A stretch of DNA of 58,858 nucleotides from a virus. Lineage: Duplodnaviria; Caudoviricetes. This document shows, in pieces, positions 28,261 to 36,964 of the stretch. The translations under genes and the position numbers were made by a program. Below the pieces are notes generated by a model. That model searched no databases. It worked only from the letters and a program-made list of their open reading frames with translations, and was not told the DNA's origin. Within the stretch, counting starts at the first letter, position 1, and the number at the start of each line of letters is the position of its first letter. The stretch is taken from positions 1 to 58,858 of IMG/VR virus record IMGVR_UViG_3300025626_000030. One strand, written 5' to 3'.

Positions 28261-29157
28261 TTACATCTCCAACGATGGTAGTAACTTGAGGGCGTTGTCT
28301 ACTACCCTTTTCGTTTCGACACGCAGTGTCTCGTTAGTACGTAACCCATCGGGTGTGACGCCACGGAGTGCCTCTTCTAGCGTCAGGCGCATCTGCTCCA
28401 TCTGGCTGTCACCTGTTACGTTACACACACTGAGCATATCAACCATGTCGAGCACGTTATCGACTAGGGTATCGCGGAACACTTTCTTCTTATCATCCCC
28501 GCTGTAATCGAGACGGTCGGACATATTGGTCAACGCCTTGTGCGTGCGCTGCCACACATCGTCCATAGCTGATACCAGTTGGCGTTGGTAGTAGTCGTTA
28601 TAGTGATCCTCCAACACCTGCTTCTGCTCATTGCCTACATCGACACGGAAGTCACCCACATCGGGTAAGGGTATATAAGAGATGCGGAACCCAAACTTGT
28701 TACTGATAGAGTCGGGCGTGGGGTAGTCATTGCGTACAAACAAGTCACCCAGCCGTGCCTGTGCCCTGCTTATCTCCCAATCGTAGTTGGTGACAAACAA
28801 ACCGGTCATGCGTCTGAACTCATCCTGCAAGTCGGTCATCTGTTGGTGATAGTCGAAGTACTGCGCGGTCGGTAGCAACCGCATACCCGTATCGCTCCAC
28901 GGCATAGTCATGCTGTAGTGTATGTTACGTGCATTAGCAGTGAATTTGTGGATGGCGTCTAACTCTTGGCAGTGACCTAATAACTTCTTACTCACTGCTG
29001 CGGTGCCCTTGTCCGCATAGTTCTGATCGGTAACAGTAGCAGAGGCACGCTTGTCCTTCTTACGTCCTGTCCACTGACTGACTTGTAGCTCTACTAACAT
29101 TGCACTCGATCCGATGGACGGTGCGCTTGCCTGTGGTGCATTAGATAATGTATTCAT
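28261..29157 (-). CDS. DUF3150-like protein
   Basis: LVELQVSQWTGRKKD...SKKLL...TMPWSDTGMRLLP...DYP pattern, upstream of the AAA/vWA pair. Family assignment is from recall. Confidence 0.6.
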   Translation of the reverse strand: MNTLSNAPQASAPSIGSSAMLVELQVSQWTGRKKDKRASATVTDQNYADKGTAAVSKKLLGHCQELDAIHKFTANARNIHYSMTMPWSDTGMRLLPTAQYFDYHQQMTDLQDEFRRMTGLFVTNYDWEISRAQARLGDLFVRNDYPTPDSISNKFGFRISYIPLPDVGDFRVDVGNEQKQVLEDHYNDYYQRQLVSAMDDVWQRTHKALTNMSDRLDYSGDDKKKVFRDTLVDNVLDMVDMLSVCNVTGDSQMEQMRLTLEEALRGVTPDGLRTNETLRVETKRVVDNALKLLPSLEM

Positions 29158-29213
29158 AATAGTATTGCTCTCTTGGTTGGTTTAGTTTGTATACATATGT
29201 ATACAGTTTGGTG

Positions 29214-29504
29214 TTACTCGGCTATGTCACTACATAACATTTGGATATTCTCGACCCGTGCCCGTGAAACGTGTACAAGGGAACCATCGAGACACACTTG
29301 CACATAGCGCCTAGTCATAAATATGACGTTACCAGACTCACCGGCTAGTGGGGCAGACAGAAGCACAATACCCTCTTTCTTGTTTATCCACTGCGTAGTG
29401 AAGCTGGCCATAGTCTGGCGGTAAAACTTTAACGTGTCACGGGTAAAGAAATGTTCTCCCAGTATGCCTGACTGCTTGATCTGCAAAGGGGTTGGCTTTC
29501 TCAT
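29214..29504 (-). CDS. Hypothetical early protein
   Basis: HFFTRDTLKFY motif; start MRKPT after AGGA; first gene behind the consensus promoter. Confidence 0.55.
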   Translation of the reverse strand: MRKPTPLQIKQSGILGEHFFTRDTLKFYRQTMASFTTQWINKKEGIVLLSAPLAGESGNVIFMTRRYVQVCLDGSLVHVSRARVENIQMLCSDIAE

Positions 29505-29603
29505 AATGTGTAATCCTATATCTGTTTTGTATACATATGTATACAAGTTGGGTTGCTTGTCAGCGACAAAAATGTAATGCGGTTAATCGCCTTTACATCA
29601 ACC

Positions 29604-29631
29604 ATTATACGCCCTTATCAGCTTATGTCAA
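29604..29631 (-). promoter_or_regulatory. Consensus sigma70 early promoter
   Basis: Minus strand reads TTGACA-N16-TATAAT, pointing into the early operon. Confidence 0.75.
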
Positions 29632-29668
29632 ATGTTACACAAACGTGTTGTTTGGTGGGTAGAAGTGT

Positions 29669-30043
29669 ATTGTTCTGTAATGTTCCATAATGTTCTACTG
29701 TGTAGGTGGGTAAGTCATTGATTTCCTTACAATGTTCCAATGTTCCTTTTTTAACAGAATTACTTGCCGATATATTTTGGCGTAAGAGAGTGGAACATTA
29801 GAAAGATTTCCAATAATAGCTAAGTAGTTTTTTCCAGCGGAACATTACAATTACTTTTTAAAGAAAGTATATATATAAGCACTTCTGCTCACTCCTGCAT
29901 ATGTAGCTTTATAGACTAACTGCCATTAGATACCACCAGATACAACCGCAGTATAATGTTCCACACTTTGTCCAAAAACGGGAACATTAGGGGAACATTA
30001 CGGGAACATTACAACTTTTTTGGAACATTACAAATGGAACAAT
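29669..30043. repeat. Array of about 13 GGAACATT/AATGTTCC octamers with an IHF-like site and AT-rich core (candidate origin)
   Basis: Exact copies at 29679, 29731, 29739, 29792, 29839, 29955, 29981, 29992, 30003 and 30022; variants at 29669, 29689 and 30036. Confidence 0.75.
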
Positions 30044-30101
30044 TGCTTGTATACATATGTATACACAAACGTGTCTAAACGTGCGTAGACGTGCCATGTC
30101 C

Positions 30102-30246
30102 GAGGCGCAACGCGGATCACCAACTGGTATCAACGTGTTATCCTGTGACGTATAACCTTGCCCGGGGCGGAGGCGCAACGCGGATCAACAACTGGTATCA
30201 ACGTGTTATCCCGCGAGGCGCTACGCGGATCAACAACTGGTATCAA
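30102..30246 (+). repeat. Three direct repeats of a 42-bp unit
   Basis: GAGGCGCAACGCGGATCA(C/A)CAACTGGTATCAACGTGTTATCC at 30102-30143 and 30170-30211; partial copy at 30215-30246. Confidence 0.9.
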
Positions 30247-30266
30247 AAAGTACTTTTTGGTAGGCG

Positions 30267-30292
30267 AAAAAAAAGCCCCCTTTCGGAGGCTT
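30267..30292 (-). terminator. Intrinsic terminator after ORF 30306..30911
   Basis: Minus strand reads AAGCCTCC-GAAA-GGGGGCTTTTTTTT. Confidence 0.8.
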
Positions 30293-30305
30293 ATATTGGT
30301 GGGTT

Positions 30306-30911
30306 TTAGTGAGATGGTTCGACCGGAGTATTTACAATCTTTAACGCTTTAGCCAGTAGTGCGGTCAGTGCTACAACATCGAAGGTAGGTGCCTCTTCGC
30401 CTTGAGCCTTTTTGTTTGCCTGAGTCAGTAACTCGATTATCTTCGTGTTGTTATTCGATGACGCCTCAGTCGGAGCGTTCGGAGTCTGAGGGGCTTTAGT
30501 CTTCGCGGTAGACTTGCTGGCCTTGTAAGCGGCATCCTGTCGCAATCGCATTGCGTTCCGATCATCGGTGACGTACTTATTAAGTTTGATGCTGACCGTT
30601 CGCTTGTCTGCCTTGTCGCTATCGCTCAGGGCTTTAGTCGGCGTCCCTGCTAGTTTGATAGCCTTCGCGCCCATGCCCTTCAGTCGCGCCGCCATGATAG
30701 CCAACCGTAGTTCGTTGTTCGCCGTGGACTTGCTACCGTCATGTTCTTTTCCTACCGGTATAAAGTCAGTCCATAGCATGCCATCGGCGTGCATTTGATC
30801 ATATGCCGCTTGAGCCGCTTTACGTGCTGAACTGTCGGAGCGTGTAGCTTTAGTCAATAAAGTTTCAGCGGCTTTAGTAAAACGTGTTGGGATAGTGTTG
30901 TCGTTATTCAT
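30306..30911 (-). CDS. Hypothetical Ala/Lys-rich early protein, monocistronic
   Basis: 201 aa with its own promoter-like sequence upstream and a terminator downstream. Confidence 0.7.
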   Translation of the reverse strand: MNNDNTIPTRFTKAAETLLTKATRSDSSARKAAQAAYDQMHADGMLWTDFIPVGKEHDGSKSTANNELRLAIMAARLKGMGAKAIKLAGTPTKALSDSDKADKRTVSIKLNKYVTDDRNAMRLRQDAAYKASKSTAKTKAPQTPNAPTEASSNNNTKIIELLTQANKKAQGEEAPTFDVVALTALLAKALKIVNTPVEPSH

Positions 30912-30963
30912 AATGATTTACTCTTTTAGTTTATCAACCGCGTGATTGCTGTTGATGGTTCCC

Positions 30964-30991
30964 ATAGTAACAGGTTTACGTGTGATTACAA
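30964..30991 (-). promoter_or_regulatory. Extended -10 promoter for ORF 30306..30911
   Basis: Minus strand reads TTGTAA-N16-TACTAT with TGn before the -10. Confidence 0.45.
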
Positions 30992-31238
30992 TAGATAGCC
31001 TGCTATCGCTGTATACATATGTATACTGAAACCCACGAATCGGCACAATCCGATACCCACCCCGCCCCCATGCACCACTTCAGACAGACCGGAGTCCCGT
31101 GTGCTCTTATATTACTAATATACTCAAATAAATCGTATTTTTCTCAAAATGGAACCCCCACCCCCTCTATATAGGAAGACCCCCCACATCACTTTAAAAA
31201 CACCTTGTGAAAAAAATTTTATACCTTATTATCAAGGT

Positions 31239-31628
31239 ATGGATAAAGTCGATAGCAGCACAGTTAGGGGACGTGTAGGGGAATGCCTTGTAATCTACCT
31301 ACTCGAAAAAATGGGCGTAGAGTGCCACCACGTAGACCGTTCCGGCGTAGACTTGTGGTGCCAGTCGCGTAACGGAGATGTGTTTACCGTGCAGGTCAAA
31401 TCGGCGAACCGGAATCCTAGGTTATCTCGCTATTCGTATAACCTCCGTACGACTAAGACCGCAGACTTCTACGTTTTCGTAGCTTTAGACACGGAGCGCC
31501 TGTTCGTGCAATCTATAGACGAGGTAACAACTGCCGGTGCCAAGCAATTTGCGGCCAGTAAGTTCACCAAAGAAAAAATGGAACAGGGATTAGAAAGGCT
31601 AAGTAACTTTACGAGTCGTACGCAATAA
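31239..31628 (+). CDS. PD-(D/E)XK endonuclease (free-standing, homing-endonuclease-like)
   Basis: RGRVGECLV...GVDL...VQVKS...ADFYVFVAL. Start chosen at MDKVD after AAGG. Confidence 0.7.
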   Translation: MDKVDSSTVRGRVGECLVIYLLEKMGVECHHVDRSGVDLWCQSRNGDVFTVQVKSANRNPRLSRYSYNLRTTKTADFYVFVALDTERLFVQSIDEVTTAGAKQFAASKFTKEKMEQGLERLSNFTSRTQ

Positions 31629-31918
31629 GAGCAAGACCAACAACAGAAATAAAACACATAACGGTAGTAACTAAAACAGAAAAGCAGATCACGGGAGCCT
31701 CAATTGAGTAGGAGTAAGGTGCCATTTTAAACCAATCAGTTATGATTACTAATGCCCTTTTTTCATGTAAGTCATATCATATATGGTATGGCCACACTTT
31801 TAGCATGCAATAATTCGCCTTAGTTGGCACTTTTACGCACCAAACCCCCTATGCCAGACATATGCTTGTTTCCAAAAAACAAGTGTGTTATAAATGCACC
31901 TCCGGTGAATAACCTGCG

Positions 31919-32512
31919 ATGTACGATATGACGATTAAACTCGAACCCGAGCTTGGGGTTCCGCTTTTTGATGACGATCCTGCGGTGGACTTGACTGTCC
32001 GTACCGTTGCAGCAACAACTACAGCCTTAGAGCTAGCAGAACATGGGTTAGAATTGAAACCCAACAAAGAAGACCAAGACGTAGCATCTAAACTTGCTAT
32101 AGCGTACGCCGACGACCCCGAAAAAACATCGAAGAAAGCTACAAGTAAGCGTCTAGCCCAGCTTACACCTGCCTCATTGGTACTTACAGGGAACATTTTG
32201 ACTGAATTTGGTCAGTCTGTTGTCCAGTCTGCTACTACTGTGCGTCACCTCATCACCAACAAACTCATCTTAGAGACCGAGAACCCCGACCCCAAGGTAC
32301 GAATACGGGCATTGGAGTTACTGGGTAAGATTTCAGACGTGTCGTTGTTTGCCGAGAAGTCAGAAGTGACTGTTACACACCAGTCAACAGACGATCTGAA
32401 GGCAAAACTACGACAAAAACTCGAAAAGATCGTAAATCCTGTGGATGAGGTGGTGTTGGACGGAGAAGTTATAGACATAGACGCCGAATTAGGGGTAAGT
32501 AAGGATGCCTAA
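31919..32512 (+). CDS. Probable terminase small subunit
   Basis: Located upstream of terL; DPKVRIRALELLGKI...LFAEKSEV C-terminal pattern typical of TerS. Confidence 0.6.
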   Translation: MYDMTIKLEPELGVPLFDDDPAVDLTVRTVAATTTALELAEHGLELKPNKEDQDVASKLAIAYADDPEKTSKKATSKRLAQLTPASLVLTGNILTEFGQSVVQSATTVRHLITNKLILETENPDPKVRIRALELLGKISDVSLFAEKSEVTVTHQSTDDLKAKLRQKLEKIVNPVDEVVLDGEVIDIDAELGVSKDA

Positions 32513-32741
32513 GACGTATATCCATGTGAACCAACACAAAATCCGTGCCAATCTCAAGAATGGGACGAACGAACCCGTAATCACCGTAAAACAAGGCAAG
32601 AAAAACACGTACTGTAACTCTGTAACTATAAACGGGCCGTCTGAAGTGCTGCAAAGTACCACAGACAAGCCGATTTTGAGTTGTGGGGCGCGAGTAGTCA
32701 TGGTAACTACCGCTGATGTGACGATAAATGACTGCGCCTAG
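32505..32741 (+). CDS. Conserved small phage protein
   Basis: IHVNQHKIRAN...PVITVK...LSCGARV; sits between terS and terL. Confidence 0.65.
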   Translation: MPKTYIHVNQHKIRANLKNGTNEPVITVKQGKKNTYCNSVTINGPSEVLQSTTDKPILSCGARVVMVTTADVTINDCA

Positions 32742-34287
32742 CACTCCTGAAGCTTTTACGCAAGAAGAAATCCAGCGTATGTTGGATAACATTGACGACT
32801 TTACGCCGGACGAGGTGGTAGAGATAGAAAAACTGTTCGATGAACTGGACAGTAGGCGTACAAATAAAGCCGCATATGACGATTTAATTGAGTTTTGTAA
32901 ACTTATGCAGCCTGACTACCTAGTTGGGAAGCATCACCGCATGCTGGCCGACCTATTAATGGCTATTGAGCGTGGAGACAAGGACAGAGCCTGCGTAAAT
33001 ATCCCCCCGCGCCACGGAAAGTCCCAATTAGTGTCCATTTTCTTCCCCGCGTGGTATTTGGGACGTAATCCAGACAAGAAAGTAATGATGGTGTCCCACA
33101 CTACCGACCTCGCAGTGGATTTTGGTCGTAAAGTACGTAACATTATCTCCAGTGAAGCCTATAGAGCCATATTCCCTACCGTAACACTCGCCAAAGACTC
33201 CAAATCAGCAGGTCGTTGGAGCACAAACATGGGCGGAGAGTACTACGCTTGTGGTGTTGGCTCCGCATTGGCTGGTCGTGGTGCCCATTTGCTGCTAGTA
33301 GATGACCCACATTCCGAGCAAGACGTAATTAATGGCAACTTTATCGTCTTTGAGAAGGCATATGAGTGGTTTACGTTCGGTGCTCGTACCCGTCTAATGC
33401 CCGGAGGTAGCGTAGCTATCATCCAAACTAGGTGGCATATGGACGATTTGACGGGGCGTGTGGTCAAGGATATGGCTCAAAACGAGCGATCTGACCAGTA
33501 TGAGGTTATTGAGTTCCCCGCGATCCTCGATGTGGAAGATACGACCACCGGAGAGATAGTAGAGAAGCCTTTATGGCCCGAATTCTTTGATTTAGAGGCA
33601 TTATTACGCACAAAAGCTTCTATGCCTGTGTTTCAGTGGAACGCTCAGTACCAACAGCAGCCTACAGCAGAAGAAGCCGCACTTGTCAAACGCGAGTGGT
33701 GGAACGAATGGGAGCACGAACACCCCCCAAGCTGCGAATATATCATCATGTCACTGGATTCGGCGGCAGAAAAACACAACCGAGCGGATTACACGGCCCT
33801 GACTACATGGGGTGTCTTTCTAAATGAAGAGACTTCAGCGTATAATATCATACTACTTAACAGTATAAAGCAGCGGTTGGAGTTCCATGAACTAAAAGAG
33901 TTGGCCATGCAGGAGTATTCTGACTGGGAACCTGACTCGTTCATCGTGGAGAAGAAGAGTTCTGGTGTTGCCTTGTACCAAGAGATGCGTAGGATGGGAC
34001 TACCGGTGTCTGAGTATACCCCCCACAGGGGATCAGGCGATAAACTTGCACGCTTAAACTCAGTATCTGATATTGTACAGTCTGGATTGGTATGGGTTCC
34101 CCAGACCCGATGGGCTGAAGAAGTTGTTGAGGAGATAGCGGGGTTCCCCTTTGCTAGCCACGATGACTTGGTGGATTCTACGGTTATGGCACTTATGAGG
34201 TTCAGGCAAGGTGGGTTTATTCGACTGCCCACTGATGAACCAGACGACATTAGATACTTTAAACACCGCAAGAGCGGGTTTTATTAA
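32728..34287 (+). CDS. terL: Terminase large subunit
   Basis: NIPPRHGKS (Walker A), LLVDDP, QTRWH, YQQQP, EKKSSG and HDDLVD nuclease motifs. Confidence 0.95.
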   Translation: MTAPSTPEAFTQEEIQRMLDNIDDFTPDEVVEIEKLFDELDSRRTNKAAYDDLIEFCKLMQPDYLVGKHHRMLADLLMAIERGDKDRACVNIPPRHGKSQLVSIFFPAWYLGRNPDKKVMMVSHTTDLAVDFGRKVRNIISSEAYRAIFPTVTLAKDSKSAGRWSTNMGGEYYACGVGSALAGRGAHLLLVDDPHSEQDVINGNFIVFEKAYEWFTFGARTRLMPGGSVAIIQTRWHMDDLTGRVVKDMAQNERSDQYEVIEFPAILDVEDTTTGEIVEKPLWPEFFDLEALLRTKASMPVFQWNAQYQQQPTAEEAALVKREWWNEWEHEHPPSCEYIIMSLDSAAEKHNRADYTALTTWGVFLNEETSAYNIILLNSIKQRLEFHELKELAMQEYSDWEPDSFIVEKKSSGVALYQEMRRMGLPVSEYTPHRGSGDKLARLNSVSDIVQSGLVWVPQTRWAEEVVEEIAGFPFASHDDLVDSTVMALMRFRQGGFIRLPTDEPDDIRYFKHRKSGFY

Positions 34288-34298
34288 GAGGTTAGATC

Positions 34299-36764
34299 AT
34301 GGCAATTGAAAAAGGGTTATACGCTGCTCCCGAGAGCATAGAAGAAATTGACGGTGAGTTGATGGAACCAGAACTTGAAATCGAGGTTGTCAACCCCGAA
34401 ATGGTAACTCTGGATGACGGTAGCGTAGAAATCACTATCATTCCCGGCGGAGATGAAGACGACTTGCTAGGATTTGACGCTAACTTAGTAGAGGCGATGG
34501 ACGAAGGCGAGCTAACTGAGCTGGCTGACGATCTTATCGGTATGGTAGACGCTGACGTAGAGGGCCGTAGAGAGTGGGCTGAAACTTACGTCAAGGGGCT
34601 AGACATCCTAGGGTTCAAGACTGAAGAGCGTACGACTCCTTGGGAAGGCGCTTGCGGCGTTAACTCCCCCCTCCTAGCAGAAGCTGCCATCCGGTTCCAA
34701 GCAGAGACCATGAGCGAGACTTTTCCCGCCGCTGGCCCTGTACGCGTAAAAGTATTAGGCGCAGAGACAAAAGAGAAGCTAGAAGCCTCTGAACGTGTTA
34801 AGGCGGACATGAACTACGAACTAACCGAGAATATGGTCGAGTATCGCCCCGAACACGAGCGTATGCTGTATAGCCTAGGACTCGCAGGATCGGCGTTTAA
34901 GAAGGTTTACTTTGACCCTAACCTAGGACGTCAGGCAGCCATCTATATCCCCGCAGAAGACGTTATCGTGCCCTACGGAGCGTCTAACATTGAGTCTGCG
35001 GAGCGTGTTACACATATCATGCGCAAGACTAAGAACGAGGTAATGAAACTGCAAGTAAGTGGTTTTTACTCGGGAGTAGAGTTAGGTGAACCTGAACCGT
35101 TCCACTCGGACATCGAAGAGAAGAAAGCCGAAGAAGGTGGCTACGATATTACCGATGATGACCGGTACACTATATACGAAATCCACGCAGACCTCCTTAT
35201 CGAGGGTATAGACGATGAAGATGGTATCGCAAAGCCCTACATCGTAACTATTGAACGTAGTAACCATCAGATACTAGCTATACGCCGTAACTGGAATGAG
35301 ATTGACCCCCTGACATTGAAGCGTCAGCACTTTGTACACTACGTATATGTGCCCGGATTCGGCTTCTACGGCCTTGGACTGATTCACATAATCGGTGGGT
35401 ACGCTAGAGCCGGAACGTCGATCATACGGCAACTGGTGGACGCTGGCACCCTGTCTAACCTCCCCGGCGGATTAAAGTCCCGTGGCCTTCGTATTAAGGG
35501 CGATGATTCCCCCATCGAGCCGGGAGAATTTAAAGATGTGGACGTGCCTTCAGGTAGCATCCGCGAAAACATTATGACGCTCCCTTATAAGGAGCCAAGC
35601 CAGACACTGCTAGCGTTGCTTAACCAAATCACTACTGAAGGTCGTCGCCTAGGCGCTATTAGTGATATGAACATCTCTGATATGTCTGCAAATGCCCCCG
35701 TAGGTACCACACTAGCGTTGTTAGAGCGTACGTTGAAGCCTATGGCTGCGGTACAGGCACGCGTACATTACGCTATGAAGCTAGAGTTTAAGATGCTCAA
35801 GGCTATTATGGCCGAAGAAGCCACCGCTGAGTACGAGTATCAGCCCGCTAGAGGCGAAGTATCAGCCAGACAGTCTGACTATGCGATGGTTGATGTAATC
35901 CCTGTAAGTGACCCTAACAGCTCCACAATGGCTCAACGAGTAGTCCAGTACCAAGCCGTGTTGCAAATGTCACAACAAGCACCTCAAATATACAACTTAC
36001 CCCAGTTACACCGCCAAATGATCGAAGTACTTGGGGTTAAAAACGCTGACAAGTTAGTCCCCACGGAAGACGATGTGAAACCTACCGATCCCGTAAGCGA
36101 GAACATGAACGCCTTAACAGGTACCCCCATAAAAGCCTTCCTGTCGCAAGACCACGAAGCTCACATTATGGCTCACCAGTCGTTTATGAAAGACCCCATG
36201 ATCGCAGGAACTATCGGTCAGAACCCACAGGCGCAGCAGATTATGGCAGCTTTGAACGCCCATATCGCAGAGCACCTTGGATTCAGATACCGCGCTCAGA
36301 TGGAAGACAAGCTGGGTGTCGCCCTACCACCACCAAACGAAGCGTTGCCCGAAGAGATTGAAGTCCAGTTGTCCCGACTTATATCCGAAGGTGGTAAGCA
36401 GCTTACCGCGCAACACGAGCAAGAAGCAGCGCAAAAACAGGCGCAGCAGAAGCAACAAGACCCTGTGGTGCAGATGCAGCAGGCAGAACTACAGGTCAAA
36501 CAACAAGAAGTACAACGTAAAGCCCAGAAAGATCAGGGTGATATGCAGATAAAACAGGCTGAACTACAACTCAAAACCCAGAAGAGCCAAGCGGACATAC
36601 AGAATGATGCCGCGCAACTTGAATTAGACAGGCAAGAGTTGGAGCTTGATGCTCAGAAAATGGGCGCAAAACTAGCTGCGGACAGAAGAACAGCTAGCAC
36701 TAAACTCGACCTCGACTTAATGAAGACTCAAAGCGAGGCCGCAAACAAACGTAATAAGGAATAA
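34299..36764 (+). CDS. Portal protein (P22-like)
   Basis: 821 aa after terL; PLLAEAAIRFQA, GSAFKKVYFD, GFYGLGL and a long Q-rich C-terminal coiled coil. Confidence 0.9.
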   Translation: MAIEKGLYAAPESIEEIDGELMEPELEIEVVNPEMVTLDDGSVEITIIPGGDEDDLLGFDANLVEAMDEGELTELADDLIGMVDADVEGRREWAETYVKGLDILGFKTEERTTPWEGACGVNSPLLAEAAIRFQAETMSETFPAAGPVRVKVLGAETKEKLEASERVKADMNYELTENMVEYRPEHERMLYSLGLAGSAFKKVYFDPNLGRQAAIYIPAEDVIVPYGASNIESAERVTHIMRKTKNEVMKLQVSGFYSGVELGEPEPFHSDIEEKKAEEGGYDITDDDRYTIYEIHADLLIEGIDDEDGIAKPYIVTIERSNHQILAIRRNWNEIDPLTLKRQHFVHYVYVPGFGFYGLGLIHIIGGYARAGTSIIRQLVDAGTLSNLPGGLKSRGLRIKGDDSPIEPGEFKDVDVPSGSIRENIMTLPYKEPSQTLLALLNQITTEGRRLGAISDMNISDMSANAPVGTTLALLERTLKPMAAVQARVHYAMKLEFKMLKAIMAEEATAEYEYQPARGEVSARQSDYAMVDVIPVSDPNSSTMAQRVVQYQAVLQMSQQAPQIYNLPQLHRQMIEVLGVKNADKLVPTEDDVKPTDPVSENMNALTGTPIKAFLSQDHEAHIMAHQSFMKDPMIAGTIGQNPQAQQIMAALNAHIAEHLGFRYRAQMEDKLGVALPPPNEALPEEIEVQLSRLISEGGKQLTAQHEQEAAQKQAQQKQQDPVVQMQQAELQVKQQEVQRKAQKDQGDMQIKQAELQLKTQKSQADIQNDAAQLELDRQELELDAQKMGAKLAADRRTASTKLDLDLMKTQSEAANKRNKE

Positions 36765-36766
36765 AC

Positions 36767-36964
36767 ATGGCTACTACCGTCCTAGACGTGCTAAAGAAGA
36801 AAATCGAAGAGGACATCTCTTCTGCTCAAGAACATCTCAGTGGGGGCGCACCGAAAGACTACGCGTGCTACCGAGAAGTAGTTGGTTTGATTCGAGGTCT
36901 CGAAGCCAGCTTAGGGTACATAAACGACCTCTCGCGTAACTATTTGGATGATGACAATGACTGA
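36767..36964 (+). CDS. Small conserved head-module protein
   Basis: 65 aa between portal and GroES; AAGGA RBS. Confidence 0.65.
   Translation: MATTVLDVLKKKIEEDISSAQEHLSGGAPKDYACYREVVGLIRGLEASLGYINDLSRNYLDDDND

Noticed and set aside
30102-30246. Possible mini-CRISPR array
   Set aside because: The spacers are 26 and 3 nt and the third repeat is partial. No cas operon is present; the Cas4-like gene is an ordinary phage exonuclease.
29987-30352. Short ORFs across the repeat region (29987..30178, 30091..30309, 30158..30352)
   Set aside because: They are translations of DNA repeats, lack clear RBSs, and two of them run across a terminator hairpin.
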